Shown: positions 28,032 through 40,740 of the stretch, piece after piece
Layout: the number at the start of each line of letters is the position of its first letter
Numbering within the stretch: position 1 is the first letter of the stretch
Source: Bigelowiella natans CCMP2755
Taxonomy: Eukaryota; Protista; Cercozoa
DNA: 58,536 nt
NCBI GenBank assembly: GCA_000320545.1
Contig: ADNK01000552.1
Span: forward strand, 1 to 58,536
Reading direction: 5' to 3'
The notes under the pieces: generated by a model
What the model saw: the letters and a program-made list of their open reading frames with translations, nothing else
Databases searched by the model: none
What the model was told of the DNA's origin: nothing
Translations under genes and position numbers: made by a program

Positions 28032-29021
28032 CGTTTATTAACTAAAGGCCGAGTTAGAAAAGGAAGAGGATGAACAGCAGCGCGCTTGGGAAGCAGCACA
28101 AGGTTACTAGTAACAAATTCTCTTTGGAGTTGGTTAAGAGGAAAAGTAGGAAAGAAAAGGGGGTGAAACAAACGATAGATACTGCTACCTCTGCTCCGTT
28201 TTTTTTAGATACAATCATACGTATGAGGTGCCATTGATACTGCGTGCAATTGATCAAATGATCGAGTATAATCTCCACTGCACATTCTCCGTTGGATCTC
28301 ACAATTTTGGTCCATGCAGGCGATATGATGGAGGACGCAGACGCTCTCGGAAGCGATGAGGAAGAGACATTGGTGCGTTCTTAACTACTTTTTATTTTGG
28401 GGAATCTTCTTACAATTTCTGCTTGTCATCACGCTTCTTGCTGCCATCACCTACTTTTTTCTCCATGGAGCGTTATCGTTGCCAGCCTCTTATTGGTTGC
28501 GTGCCAAAAATATTCATTTTTGTTTTCAGTCCAAAATCCGGACGAAGAAGAGTATAATGAAGCAAGAGCAACGAATGACTAAGTCGATGAACTCAGCCAG
28601 GATGCCACGATCACGAGTACCTCAGAAGAGTTTAGCAGATATGGATAAGGATTTAGGCAGCATCGGTCTTGACACATCAAAAGTCCGCTCACGCTCTCGA
28701 GCAATGGCAGAAACCAGAAAATCCCGGAGAGATAAACGAAGGCGAGCTGACATCCAGGACGGCAAAGATGGAAAGGCTGGTATGGAGTTAGAATCATCAA
28801 CGATGAGATCAACGTCGAGAATGGGTAAGCGCCAGAGAAGAGACGAGGCGGGTATGAAGGACATTGTAGCAAAGAAACGGGCAGAAAAACTAAAAAAACA
28901 AGGAGAGAAGAGATGGAAATCCGAGGCCAGAAAGGGTGCTGCAGACAGGCGGGTTTTGGACCTCAAGCCAAAACACCTCAACAGTGGCAAGCGTGGTATT
29001 GGAAAGACGGATTGGAGATAG
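23736..29021 (+). CDS. NOG1: Nucleolar GTP-binding protein 1 (NOG1/GTPBP4)
   Basis: [70 protein letters not shown] region [15 protein letters not shown]-terminal [18 protein letters not shown]. Confidence 0.97.
25104..25232 (+). ncRNA. Candidate intronic box C/D-like structured RNA in NOG1
   Basis: Box C ATGATGA 25109-25115, box D CTGA 25225-25228, 8-bp hairpin GGCTGCTC/GAGCAGCC and 7-bp TTGGTGA/TCACCGA; terminal stem weak. Confidence 0.3.
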
Positions 29022-29901
29022 TTGTTACAGTGGGAAGTTTACATTCATTTGGGATGGTACAATTATCCATTCGCGTCAGTTCATTAGAATTATGTTGGCG
29101 TTGAAACACGTAGTTCTAATCATGAGCATTTATGATGTGCATACACGTGCTATGTCTAGCTATGATGATGAATCGCAGATATGCTACAAGCATACCAGAG
29201 CATCCGCTGAGGAGATCGGCGATGTTGCATTGATTTTCACATCTCTTCGCACATCCTAATGACTGATGTCGTTTAGCTTGCGCCAAGTACCACACTTTTG
29301 CTTCTCTTGCTTTGCAGCTACAGTCATAGTTTGCCACATGTGTTGTGTCATTGCGCGCCGCGCTATCCTTTTCGTTTTGTCATCGAAATTCAATCGCTCA
29401 CGCGATGACAGACGAATTCACAGTACACATTGTGTGTTACGTGCGTGTCTATCATCGCGCACGATGTCGCACAGCTTTTACACTAGTTCATAGTTACATA
29501 GTGCAAAATAGTTGTGATCATTCTTCACATGACATGCTATAGCTAGCATCGCTAGATAGGCGCGCGTAATTTGTTCTTTCATTGCATTCGTCTCAATGTG
29601 CACAGCATGTGCAGGCTGCATGCTAGCATGTACCCATTTGTACACATGCCTTGCATTGTTCGCTTACTAATAATGTCATGTTAAGCTAGTTTCGTTTATC
29701 CGTCAAATAAGATTCCATGCTAACATTGCACTGCTGTCATGTGGCGTGGAACAAGAAATACTAGTCGATATTCTTATATAAAATATTTCAACTATTCGTT
29801 CGCACACTGTCGTATAAATTATTTAAAACATTGCGGATATCGCGTCCTAATTATTTTTAAAATAAAGCTCATACAAGATTTCTACTTATTATTAGAGATC
29901 G

Positions 29902-30053
29902 GCTGGTAAATTGTGTCCACATTCCTTGCATTTTGTCTCCTGCATGTAATGGAATGATTAGATACCGCATGCGCATGTATACACACACACACACACACAC
30001 ACACACGTATATATACACATTTATATAATATATACGTGTGTGTGATTGAACGA

Positions 30054-30084
<31 letters not shown>

Positions 30085-31200
30085 ATGAAAAATAGAAATC
30101 AAGTGTCTAGATTTCCATCTTTTGATTTTACACTTCTCTCTTTGTCAACTACTCGTTTGACATGTCAACTTTTAATTACACTCGTGCTTCTTTTCTTCCT
30201 TTTTTATCTCTAATATGTGAATGTTGTGTTGTTGTCTACATAGCAACTTGGTAGGCAATACCTAAAAATACAAATTATTTGTCATTCACATGTTTAGACA
30301 GTTCAAACTAGTTAATGTGCAACTTATTTGAATTAGCCTTACGGAATGCAACAGCAAGGTATCGCAGTGAACAGACATAAGCAACCCAGACAAGCTGCCC
30401 AAAAATGCGCCTACAAATATGTCGTACAAAATGCACTGCAATTCTATTTGGAGCTGTGCATGCAATTATACAATATATTCCAGCAGTTCTGAATGTATTG
30501 TTAAAGGTACTTGAACCTGAGGCTTTGGGACACTTGTGCTATGACCGACATCTGCGCCACAATTTGGACAGATTTGTCTCCCCCCTTCATGGTGGGCTGT
30601 AAACGTGTTAAACATAACATTAAAGGAGTTCTAAGCATGACTACATCACAGTATCTAATATCCCAAATACCATAATCTTCTCCGTAAATAGCCATAGCTG
30701 CTGAATTTGGTGCGTTTTTTATCACATGTCCTTCGCCATATATAGCAACTGCTGCTGAATTATGAGCTCTAGTTTCGTTCGTAGCAACTTCCATGTCTTC
30801 TGATTTTAGAAATATTGGGCGGGGCAGGTTTTCCTTCTCCTCAACTTTAGGTGGTCGGTAATGACTATCATGAGTGTGTGGATGATAAAATGACGCAGAT
30901 TCTTCGACAGGAGATTGAGTCTTTTCTGCAATTAGTATTGGTTTGGCAGTAGGAGTCTCTGTAGGTGCTGCACTCATTGCAGCGCTGTACTCTGGCTGGA
31001 ATTCCCCAACATTCGTTGGGGTCACCACACTAACATTTTGCAATGCGATGGAGTCTGCTGGAGGTCCGCTGTAATATCACACATAGATTACTTTACTTGC
31101 TCACCCATTTAAGTTTCACTTACGAAAGAGATTTATGGTGGGCAGCTTCTGGAGGCTTGTTAGCCTCGATGATCCCCCCCCCCCCTCCATCATCGGCCAT
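29902..31200 (-). CDS. LITAF-like zinc-ribbon membrane-associated protein
   Basis: Six hand-spliced exons: a low-complexity P/E/S-rich N-terminus, then QICPNCGADV..AHFWAACLGCLCLFTAIPCCCIPYCLPSCY-ETKCKECGHNLPADL*. This is the CxxC-hydrophobic-CxxC LITAF layout. Confidence 0.85.
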
Positions 31201-31503
31201 CTTGTTCGTGCAAGGTGGGCTCTCGGGAAGAACTAATATAATCGTGCTCACATGCTGCACCACCGAAATATTATTGCTACTAAGAAAGGAGGGGAAAACT
31301 AAGTGAACGACAGCTCCCACAAGACAGATCTGGGGCCAAACGTCACAAATCTGCGGATTCACCTCCGCTTAATTAAACAGTTGAGTCTGGATTTTACTCC
31401 TGATAGTGAACCCATTTTCGCAAGAGCGACTCCGTTTTTAATAATCTACTACCTCAAATTGCATGGGGTTTTGTCGATTCCTTCGTGCACACAATCGAAC
31501 AAG

Positions 31504-34154
31504 ATGTCCGATCCTGCCACCAAGGCGAAGGTGAAGGAGTTCTTCAAGCGCATGAAGAAGCTGAACCTTTCACCGACACCAGGCAACATAAGCATGATTC
31601 GTTTCATAGTATCATAGTGTTGTCAGATAGACGAAGAGATAGAAATAGTTGCTTTAGTAATATTGGATACGTTTACATGTAACAAGTCCAAACATGCATC
31701 ACTTTGAACTCCAGTGGAAACACCGTCTTCGAGAAAACCGGTTCGAAGGACAATAAGTAGAAGCACTCTCGGTAAAGTCACATAATTGCAAAAGTTCAAT
31801 GATTGTTACACTATCTTCGTGTTTCTAGATCGGTTATACAACAGAAGAAACACTCTGACATCTCCGAGGAACCACAATCGCATTGCTTCCGGTGCAAGAA
31901 GGGGAGGGCCTATGTCTATGGAATGGGATCCTGAAAACCCCCCTGCTGTCGTAATTGATCATGGTTGTAGATATTTCAGATGAAATGCCAGGAAAATCCC
32001 ATACCATATTTTCCAGGCTCTGGGGTGATGAAAGCCGGTTTTGGAATTGCGTCGGAAAGTACAATGAGGCCCCAGGTCCTGTACAACCAAGCAATAACAA
32101 ATTTCCTAAATATTTGCTATTTGCACTTCACAGTTGATTAATAGCTTTGTGGGGCGGCCAAAATATTCTCGATCTATGATAGGAGCGACAAGGTGTAATT
32201 ATTTGGACTTATCCCATTTTGTCGGAGATAATCTCATCTCCCTGGCGCAGGCGCAGTATTTTAGTAGGAAGACGGTGTACTAGGATGATGGGAATCCTGA
32301 AGCTTTCATATCCTATATCTGGAGAAGGTTAAAATTACAGTTCATAAAAGAGTACACTCATAAACTCTCATAATAGCTGTAACGAGCTGGGATGACTTGG
32401 AGCACCTCTGGAACGACGTCTACGAAGATCGGCTTAGAGTATATGCTGAACATATAACTTTATGTATTCTTAATAATTCAATAATTTATGATTTATAATA
32501 TAAACATAAAAGGCGAATCCATCGAGTCATCCAGTTCTCATGACAGAACCTCCTCTTGCTCCAATGAAAAATCGTTTGAAAAGAGCAGAGGTTATGCACC
32601 TAGCAAATCATGAAATTTACGTATCCTGAACACTCTGATTTTTGATAAACATTCATTAGATCTTCTTTGAAAATTTCCGAGTTCCATCTATGTGTTTACA
32701 ACTTCCGCAAATGTTGGCATTGTACGCGTCGGGACACACTACAGGACTTGTAGTCGATTCCGGAGACACGATGACTGAGGTCCCAAAACTTTGTCCTGGA
32801 TCACTACAACTGTCTTCAATATAATTTCTCCTATTCTTTTGAACAAAATTTAAGGCTGTTCCAATTTACGAAGGGAAGTACAATCCTTCAGCCGTGTGTA
32901 GAATCCCAGTTGCAGGACGGCATGTCACGAAGTTGAAATATTTCGCATGAGTGTTCTTGCTTTTTGCTGCATTATATACTCGAGCTCATATGCTCATTAC
33001 TACACTATAGGTATCTAGCCAAATTGTTAAATGAACAAGGATACAAGTTCCACACATCTGCAGAAATGGAGGTAGCGAAAACAAAGTCAGGAAGTAATTA
33101 GATGCCATTAGTCAATTTTTGAAAAGGTGGTAAAAAGAATAAAACATAAGGCGTGTCAGACTGCCTTTGTTTTGAAGAAGGTAGGAAGAATATTTTACGC
33201 ATCATTAAAAGATTTATGACTCGAAGTGTTGGCTAGACGGAAAAAGAATTTGATGACATCGACGAACTTCCAGGTATCTGCTTCTCTGCTAATGTAGCGA
33301 CATTTTTATCACATATTCATAACAGGATTTAAGTTACCAGACGGAAGGGTAATTAAGATTGGGTTAGAAAAATTCAAAGCTCCAGAGTTAATGTTTAAAG
33401 TATATATTCATATTATTTCTTCTTTTTCAAAATTGGATTATTAACAAAAATTCTCACCCAGCCATCTCTATTGGGGTTGGAATATCCTGGAGTACATGAA
33501 ATTACTGTAAATGCAGTCGCAAAGGTGTCATAAAACAAGAATTATTTCAAAGATTGCATGTGCTGTAAATTATATCAGCCTACATGTATGTTTCTAGTGT
33601 GCAACAGATATTCGAAGACAAGTTTTTTCTCAAATTCTGCTTGCGGTAAGCTATGGCGTTTTCTGACATGCGCAAAGTAATTACGCTTACATCAGGGAGG
33701 GACGACTTGTTCTCGAGGCTTTGGGATTCGCTTGCTGTCCGAGGTTCGAAGAATTGGAAAGTTTACGAAGTTTAGGTCATCTATTTTTCACATCTACTAA
33801 AGTAGTCAGGTTTTAAATTAAAGGATTCTTTGTCAGTATTTCAGCACCAGAAAATCGCGTGGAACTTGCATGGTTGGGCGGTTCCATCCTGACATCCTTG
33901 AACATCTTCAAAGGTGCGCAATTTTTTTCCCCAAAAACATAAATGAAATATTCGAAATTTTACAGGAATGTCTACAACAAGAGAAGAATACCAAGAAATG
34001 GGTGCGCAGGTTATATGTCCGCTACACTATACAGATTTAAGTGTGTTAAAGGCACCTTCTCATGATCTTCTCATCATTAAAATTGCAATAGGCATTCTAC
34101 AAAAAAAGATTGGATGCCGTCGCGCAAAGTGTAGCAAGATCGAGTACAATATGA
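31504..34154 (+). CDS. Divergent actin-related protein, closest to Arp1/centractin, with a basic N-terminal extension
   Basis: VVIDHGSGVMKAGF, VGRPKY, HPVLMTEPPLAP, LYASGHTTGLVVDSGD, FHTSAEMEVVKRIK (Arp1-like), KLPDG, GGTT, WLGGSIL; about 16 short introns. Confidence 0.9.
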
Positions 34155-34905
34155 CCTGAAGAAGAGATGCTGGCTCGCTGTATAATGACAGAATCGATCC
34201 TCGTGACACATGTTGCTTTAAATGTATACTGCCTGTCGTAGCATAAAACCCACGCACGATCACGGTAAAAATTTCTTTGGAAGCATTTAGTGTATACTAG
34301 TATAGATCAATGGGACCCGACAAATACAATCAAAATGACAACGACTTGCTTTCTAACTGCGTACTGCGGACATGCTTACTTAGTAGTGTAAACATGGCTA
34401 GTCACGCACCTTGTCATGAGCATCCCTGCCACTGTGCTTCTTCGATTCACATTCGTATGATGCTTAGCATTACGAGTGGTAATGTACGTACGCATTCGCA
34501 AATATGTTCAGTGCATATGTCGTTGTGGCACGGCACTGGTTTCATTTCCACGCTGCCTGCTTGCGCTATGCAACACGATACATCCATGCATTCAGCATTG
34601 CACGTGCATGAACTCTAAGATCTGCACACATAGCGTAGAAGAATCACCGTACCTTTCATGCTGTCTGGCTAGCTAACTGTGCGTTGTCTACATTTCGCTT
34701 TCTTATGCAGTTTTATATCGAAAATGATTGATACAGATCAGAATGCCAAATCCTAAATTAAGCCCACATGTACTATTTCCAACTTCGCTGTTGATTGCTA
34801 GAAATTCCACTTCTCACATCCTGCTCTGATAGCTAGTTTATTGCGTAGAAGCTTCAAATATCATACGAAGTCTAGAAAGTGCATAAACAGTGTCCTAGTA
34901 TTTTT

Positions 34906-35471
34906 TTAGAGCTCTGATTTCGCCGTCTCTGCGGGAATGAGTTTAAACCCGTTCTCTTCAAAAAAACTGAACATCTGAGTGGTACCAATAAAGGATCAGT
35001 TGGCACGCTATTTCGACGGGAAGATTGTTTTTTAGTTAACCTGCTCCTCATCCCTATCTCCTATTTTCTCCTCTTTGAGGATGTCCCCATTTTCATTTTT
35101 GAAATAAGCTGTCGGTATATGACCACTGATCCATCTGTTTCAAGGATGGCACACAAAATCGTTAGTAATCGGTATTTGAAATGCCTTTGCATCCATAAAC
35201 GGGTAATAAAATGATTGATTCTCACTCAATATCAAGATTCTTGTATTGGGAACAGCACTGCGTCTTCAGAAACTTTCTCAGCTGAACAAAAACACATCGT
35301 AAAATGTTCAACGATGAGGGAATTTAACGACGACCAGACCTTCGGAAGACGATTCAGCTTTCATCCTCTGCAACTCTTTACGATGACAGAAGACACTTCT
35401 GAATCAGCTGATATTGGGGAGGCCGTTAACATTATCAGGGCAAACGTGAAGATAGTTTTCATTATCATCAT
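34906..35471 (-). CDS. SELENOM: Selenoprotein M / Sep15-family ER thioredoxin-like selenoprotein (CxxU), 116 aa
   Basis: Exons 35471-35340, 35281-35226, 35134-35041 and 34974-34906, all with GT-AG introns. Protein: MMIMKTIFTFALIMLTASPISA (signal peptide) DSEVSSVIVKSCRG-U(TGA 35363-35361)-KLNRLPKLRKFL..YKNLDIEWISGHIPTAYF..FFEENGF..KSEL*. Matches the SelM pattern CGGUQLNRL and ends in an ER-retention-like tail. Absent from the ORF track. Confidence 0.9.
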
Positions 35472-35880
35472 GTTTGGTCCTCCACTTGGAAGAAAGGCCA
35501 CGGCGGATCGTTGAACGAGTTATAACTCGTGTGCACGTACAAGAATTCATCCAAAAAATACACTGGATTTCATGTACAACGACTTGAATTCAATTTAAAA
35601 GTTAAAATATTGACTACACCTTCAAGTTCTCCTTTCACGAACAATTTTGAAATTAAACTTAACTCCCACTTTTCCAAAGCGACTTGATATCGCAGGGGTA
35701 AATCCGGAAAACCGCATGGAAATATGTGATTTAAGTGAACAATTCGTAATTCCTAGGACTGATCATCCATTTTCGGATACCTTTTCCCCAACAGCTAACT
35801 GATCTCCTGCCCCAAATAACTGATTCACATCCACGGACAGCCAAATCAACTCGAAGAGTAGGGTGGATGCAAGCAGGAAA

Positions 35881-37545
35881 ATGAGCATCTTAATAATTTA
35901 TGTGTTCTTCATATGTGGTGCCGAATCTATTTGGAGAAGTGATGGCATTGAAAATTCACTTCATAATTCTGCCGAATTGGCTGAGATAGAAGGGAAATCT
36001 TCATCCGACATTTCTAACATAATGGGTGAAAGCACAATTTTAACCCGCCTCGAACGTCGAACATTTAGTGCAGAGACTCGTAGGGAAATATTCAAATCTC
36101 TAGCTTCACTTCGCGATCAGCATCTAGATATTGATGCAACCCCAATGAAGTTGGTTACGAGGGAAAACTACAAGATTCTTCTCCATCAACATCGCTCAGA
36201 GTTTACAGGAAAAATCAGTGTTGGAACTCCAGGTCCTGATAGCTAAAAATGTTCTCCGCAATTCGACTGATTTATGAAACGAAATGCAATGTAATGTTCA
36301 GAGCAAACGGAGGAATGTATTATGGACACCGGATCCTCAACTGCTTGGATCTTCTCAACGAAATGCACAGACCCCATGTGCGTATCAAAGGATAATCCCT
36401 TCGATTCATCCAAATCTTCCACATATATCCCAACAAATCATCACGTAAAAGTTACATTTGGGAGTGGTTCTCTTACTGGGCAGCTTGCAGTGGACACCAT
36501 TAAACTGGGGGGGGTCACAATGCTTCAGCAAGGTTTCGGGGAGATCCTGAAACCTGATGGATCGGTTGTTCCTTTTCCACGTACATTTGATCAGATGTCT
36601 TGAATTAAATGCTGCTTATACCTTGCAATTAGGTTTTCGAACAGGAGTTCGGAGGAATTTGCGGATTGTCATTTCCAATGTCATCCCACAACATCAGTCT
36701 TCTCGAAGGACTTCGACGAAGTCAGGACCTAACCAAAAAGTCAATTACATTCTACTATGGGAAGGAAGAATCTGCCATGTTTCTCGGAGAACCAAAGAAT
36801 TATGGGAGCATCAATTGGTATCCTGTTTCTGAACCAAAGTACTGGGAGACGCCACTGAAAGATGTAACGGTAATTTCAATTCTTTCACGCTCATTCACTA
36901 AAAAACACATGAAGCGAATTGAGAGTATGGAAGGACAACACTAAAAGTTCGATCATTGAAACAGATCCAAGGAAAAAGTATTTTGGGTGAGAAGACTAGA
37001 AATTTCTCAGCAGTATTTGACACTGGAACTAGTATACTCACAACACCCAGTAAATACTTATCAATTGCAAAAAGTGTGCTGGAGGATATAGGGTACTTAT
37101 CATAAAGATTATACATGCTATACATGCTATGAAACATGATTGGTCAATTTGAAAAAATATATTTCTTTAGAATTACGTGCCAAATGATCCAAGCTGGACA
37201 GGTTTGCAGAGGATATATATTTCTTATTATGGATAACGTTTCTGTGATTCTGATATTGGTGGTAATGAATTGTACTAGGGTCCCAAAATTTGCTATCACT
37301 TCGACAAGAAGGCAGACATCTGCATAGATAATTGGTTTATGTTTGATGACGACATTTGCAAGGTATACACACCAATTATTAATGAATGGCGTATATGATT
37401 GGCGTATATTTTCCAGCCGGCTCTGGTGAGCCTTGACTTAAACACGGATCAAGGAGACATATTTATTTTGGGCCAACCCTTTCTTTGGGAGCACATTACC
37501 ACGTATGATTTTGAGAAGAACAGAGTCGGAGTAACCAAAATTTAA
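35881..37545 (+). CDS. Pepsin-family (A1) aspartic protease precursor
   Basis: Signal peptide MSILIIYVFFICGAES, GKISVGTP, catalytic MDTGSS and FDTGTS, FDSSKSSTY, FGSGSLTG, YW, ILGQPFL..YDFEKNRVG. Confidence 0.93.
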
Positions 37546-38567
37546 TCACAACATCTGTTCCAAATTAAAAAAATATCAAGATTGATTGTCAGTGATTAAA
37601 CAATCACATGTCGTGCATGCAGAGTGCAGACATGGGCTCATTGCAACATGTGAAGATGCTGTGCCTCGGTGCATCCAAATTTGCGCGATCTTGTTCAGCT
37701 TCCACTAAACGCCTTGTTGCGCGCATCACTAGACGCACAGCCTAGACCATGATTCTGCTAGTCGAGCGATGGAGGCGCACACTTAGCGAACATCCAGTGA
37801 TGACACAAAACGACACAAGATGTTTTCCCAAGAATTTCATTCATGACTCTGCATCAAGGGGATGCAAGACACATGCGCATGTGCTAGCAGTGCGCACTTG
37901 CTCCATGGTGCTCATTGGCCTCATTGCATGCACCAATTCCAACAAAAGTTTTTGAGTGCACGCATGGCCGTTCAAAACTCCACGTGCATTTGATGGCTTG
38001 TTCCAATGCCCATCCCGCCGCCCATCATGCGATGTTTGAAGAGCCGTGATGTGATCGTTCCATTGAACTTTCTGTGAACACAAAGATGGATGTTGCCATG
38101 TTTCAATGAAATTTGCGAACGACGTGCCAGCAGCGCGCGATTGCACTTCAGTGATCGCTTGCAAAAAAGTTTCCGTCAGATTGTCATGGATTCAGCCTCA
38201 CGTACACATGTCGCCAGTGACAGTGTGCAGGTGTCTGCATCCTCGCATGCGAAATGCACCGCGTGCCTGGTTTTGCGACTCTTTGGATGATTTTTTGGGC
38301 AATTCGTTCCCTGCAACCCAGAAACACCCACCATCATAATACCCTCCTGACGGGAAAATACACATACTGAGAATAAACTCTGCGTAGAGAGGTAGGACCC
38401 CCCCCCCCCCCCCCCGCCTTTTCTCATTTTTCCTGAAAATTTTTATTTTTACCGTCGCCACCCTTGTTCTCACAATTTGGTTGCTTTGGTAAAGAAAAGT
38501 AGTGATTACCACTGAGCAGTCTTTCTCGATCGTGTGTTAGGAAGGTCTACTCGGCTAACGAACTACT

Positions 38568-39985
38568 ATGGCAGTATTTAATTACGGATGGGTGGTGGCT
38601 CTCTCGGGGTAACTTAGCTTTTGTCTTAGAAGTTCATTATCATTACATAACTTATAATCGTCATCGCCATTGTCATTACAATAATCATCATATCATACGG
38701 CTTCGAATCATAATACCCCCCTGTGGTGATCGACGATAGGTTTTTTATGCACCTCTGCCTGGGGACTCTGGTATGAATTAATTAATTAAACATTTTTTTA
38801 TAAGTAAGTTATCAAGTGTTCAAATATTGAGTACTACCTCTACAATTTCCTCAACTCCATCATGATATTATTCAGTATTGCTGGGGTGCACTCACGCCGT
38901 ATATCACGTCTTACCTCCGCAAGTTCGACCCGACTCTGCAGTATAGCGACACCATTATAGTATTTATGCTCACTCCGGTACAAAGGACTTCTTTTTCTAA
39001 GTTATAAGTTCAATGAAAAACCGTTCGATTGACAAAATAATCAATAGGCTGCGCAAGCAATGGCAATGCCTGTAAGTGGGATGATCGAGAAGAAGATTGG
39101 CCCTCGAATCACGGCACTAATCGGAGGCGTGATTTTTGCTGCGGGTGTAGCATTTTCAGCCTATGCGACGACCATAAGACAATTGGTAATCATTCATTAA
39201 AATAATCCACTCATATCATCCATTCATATTATATTCATATTGATATACAGTTGATTACATACGCCTTCACATTTGGTGTTGGTATGGGAATTGTATACAT
39301 GAATCCTATCACCTGTGGGATGAAATGGCTTCCTGACCGAAAAGGTGATGAAAACACAGAGTAGTTAGTTACTACTACTACTACACACGACAGTTCAACC
39401 ATGAACATTGTTGTATGTTCAAACAGGTGTAATCTCGGGAATTGTCGTAGCAGGATTTGGATTGGGGGGGGCATTCTTCAATGTGCTTGGAGCATAAATT
39501 TGTAACCCTGAAAACAAGCAACCTGATCCATTTTTTGACGAAGATGTTGCTGATCGAGTTCCATTAATGTTCATGGTAAGCTACCTACTAGTGCTTCTGA
39601 AACAGCAGCATGAATCCCATGTTGTCTGTCTCTTTTCCCCCATTTTCTCACAACAGTGATACGTCACAACAGTGATACGTCAATAATGTAGGTATTGGGA
39701 GCAGCATATTTCGTGATGATTACCCTCAGTGCTCTTCGTCTTAGAGATCCTACAGAGGAGGAGCTGCAACTTGTAATTCAATATCATTAGCTAAAATGGG
39801 CGTTTGCTCGAAAGATGACACCATGCTGTTGTTAGTAAGAACAACTTGTGTGTGCCCCGCACCTTCTTTGATCTCAATTGCTTCCTGCATATCCCTTGTC
39901 GTCGTCGCTATTCCTCCTTGTTATATATCTTCACGCCTCGGAGTTAAAATCTCAAGATTTGGAAGAGAGGACACCTATCAAGCCG

Positions 39986-40016
<31 letters not shown>

Positions 40017-40680
40017 CGGTGGTGGTATCATACGACGCAGCGGAAGCAAAATGGATGATGATGATGATGATGATGATGGTGATGGTGATGATGGGCGCAC
40101 ACCTTTACAAAAGATGATTGATGATATTTACATCGTACTTGTTGCCGTCGTCAGAAACCGCACCCTTCTCTGTCCAAAGATGTTGATCTTGCTGGTTTTC
40201 TCTGTGATGGAAGAGGATATCTTTTATGGGCTATGATGACTGCCACGACAATGGTACACTACCACACTGTATCTGGGAATATTAGTATCTAAAATTAATA
40301 CTAAGCAATAGCAGCAATGGTGTTGTTGTAGTTGTAGTAGCCCAAGGAAATTCAAAATCTTCATCTGTAACTTACACATTGTATAATACAGGAGTTTGAT
40401 TATTATACATTGTATTGATAAATGTTGTATGTTCTTAGGCTGGCATTTTGGTGATTGGAACTTACAAGACATATGGAAATCAGCACGGATTCACTGACCG
40501 CACTTTGACCATAATCGGCAGTATTACCCTAGTTCTTAACGGAGCAGGACGATTGTTCTATGGAGCTTTAGCTGACACTATTGGATTTAAAATGAGTATG
40601 GTGGCTTGCTTTTCACTGCAGGTCACTATATCATCATTTGATGTTCTCTCTCACATCCTCTCTCATACCCCCCTCCCCCC

Positions 40681-40740
<60 letters not shown>

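Noticed and set aside
35215-35514. Plus-strand 99-aa ORF
   Set aside because: Antisense shadow of the selenoprotein exons.
37546-38567. Possible missing divergent partner of the MFS gene (ORFs at 37841-38512)
   Set aside because: No recognisable domain or coherent splice structure; composition matches the palindrome-rich 3' spacers.
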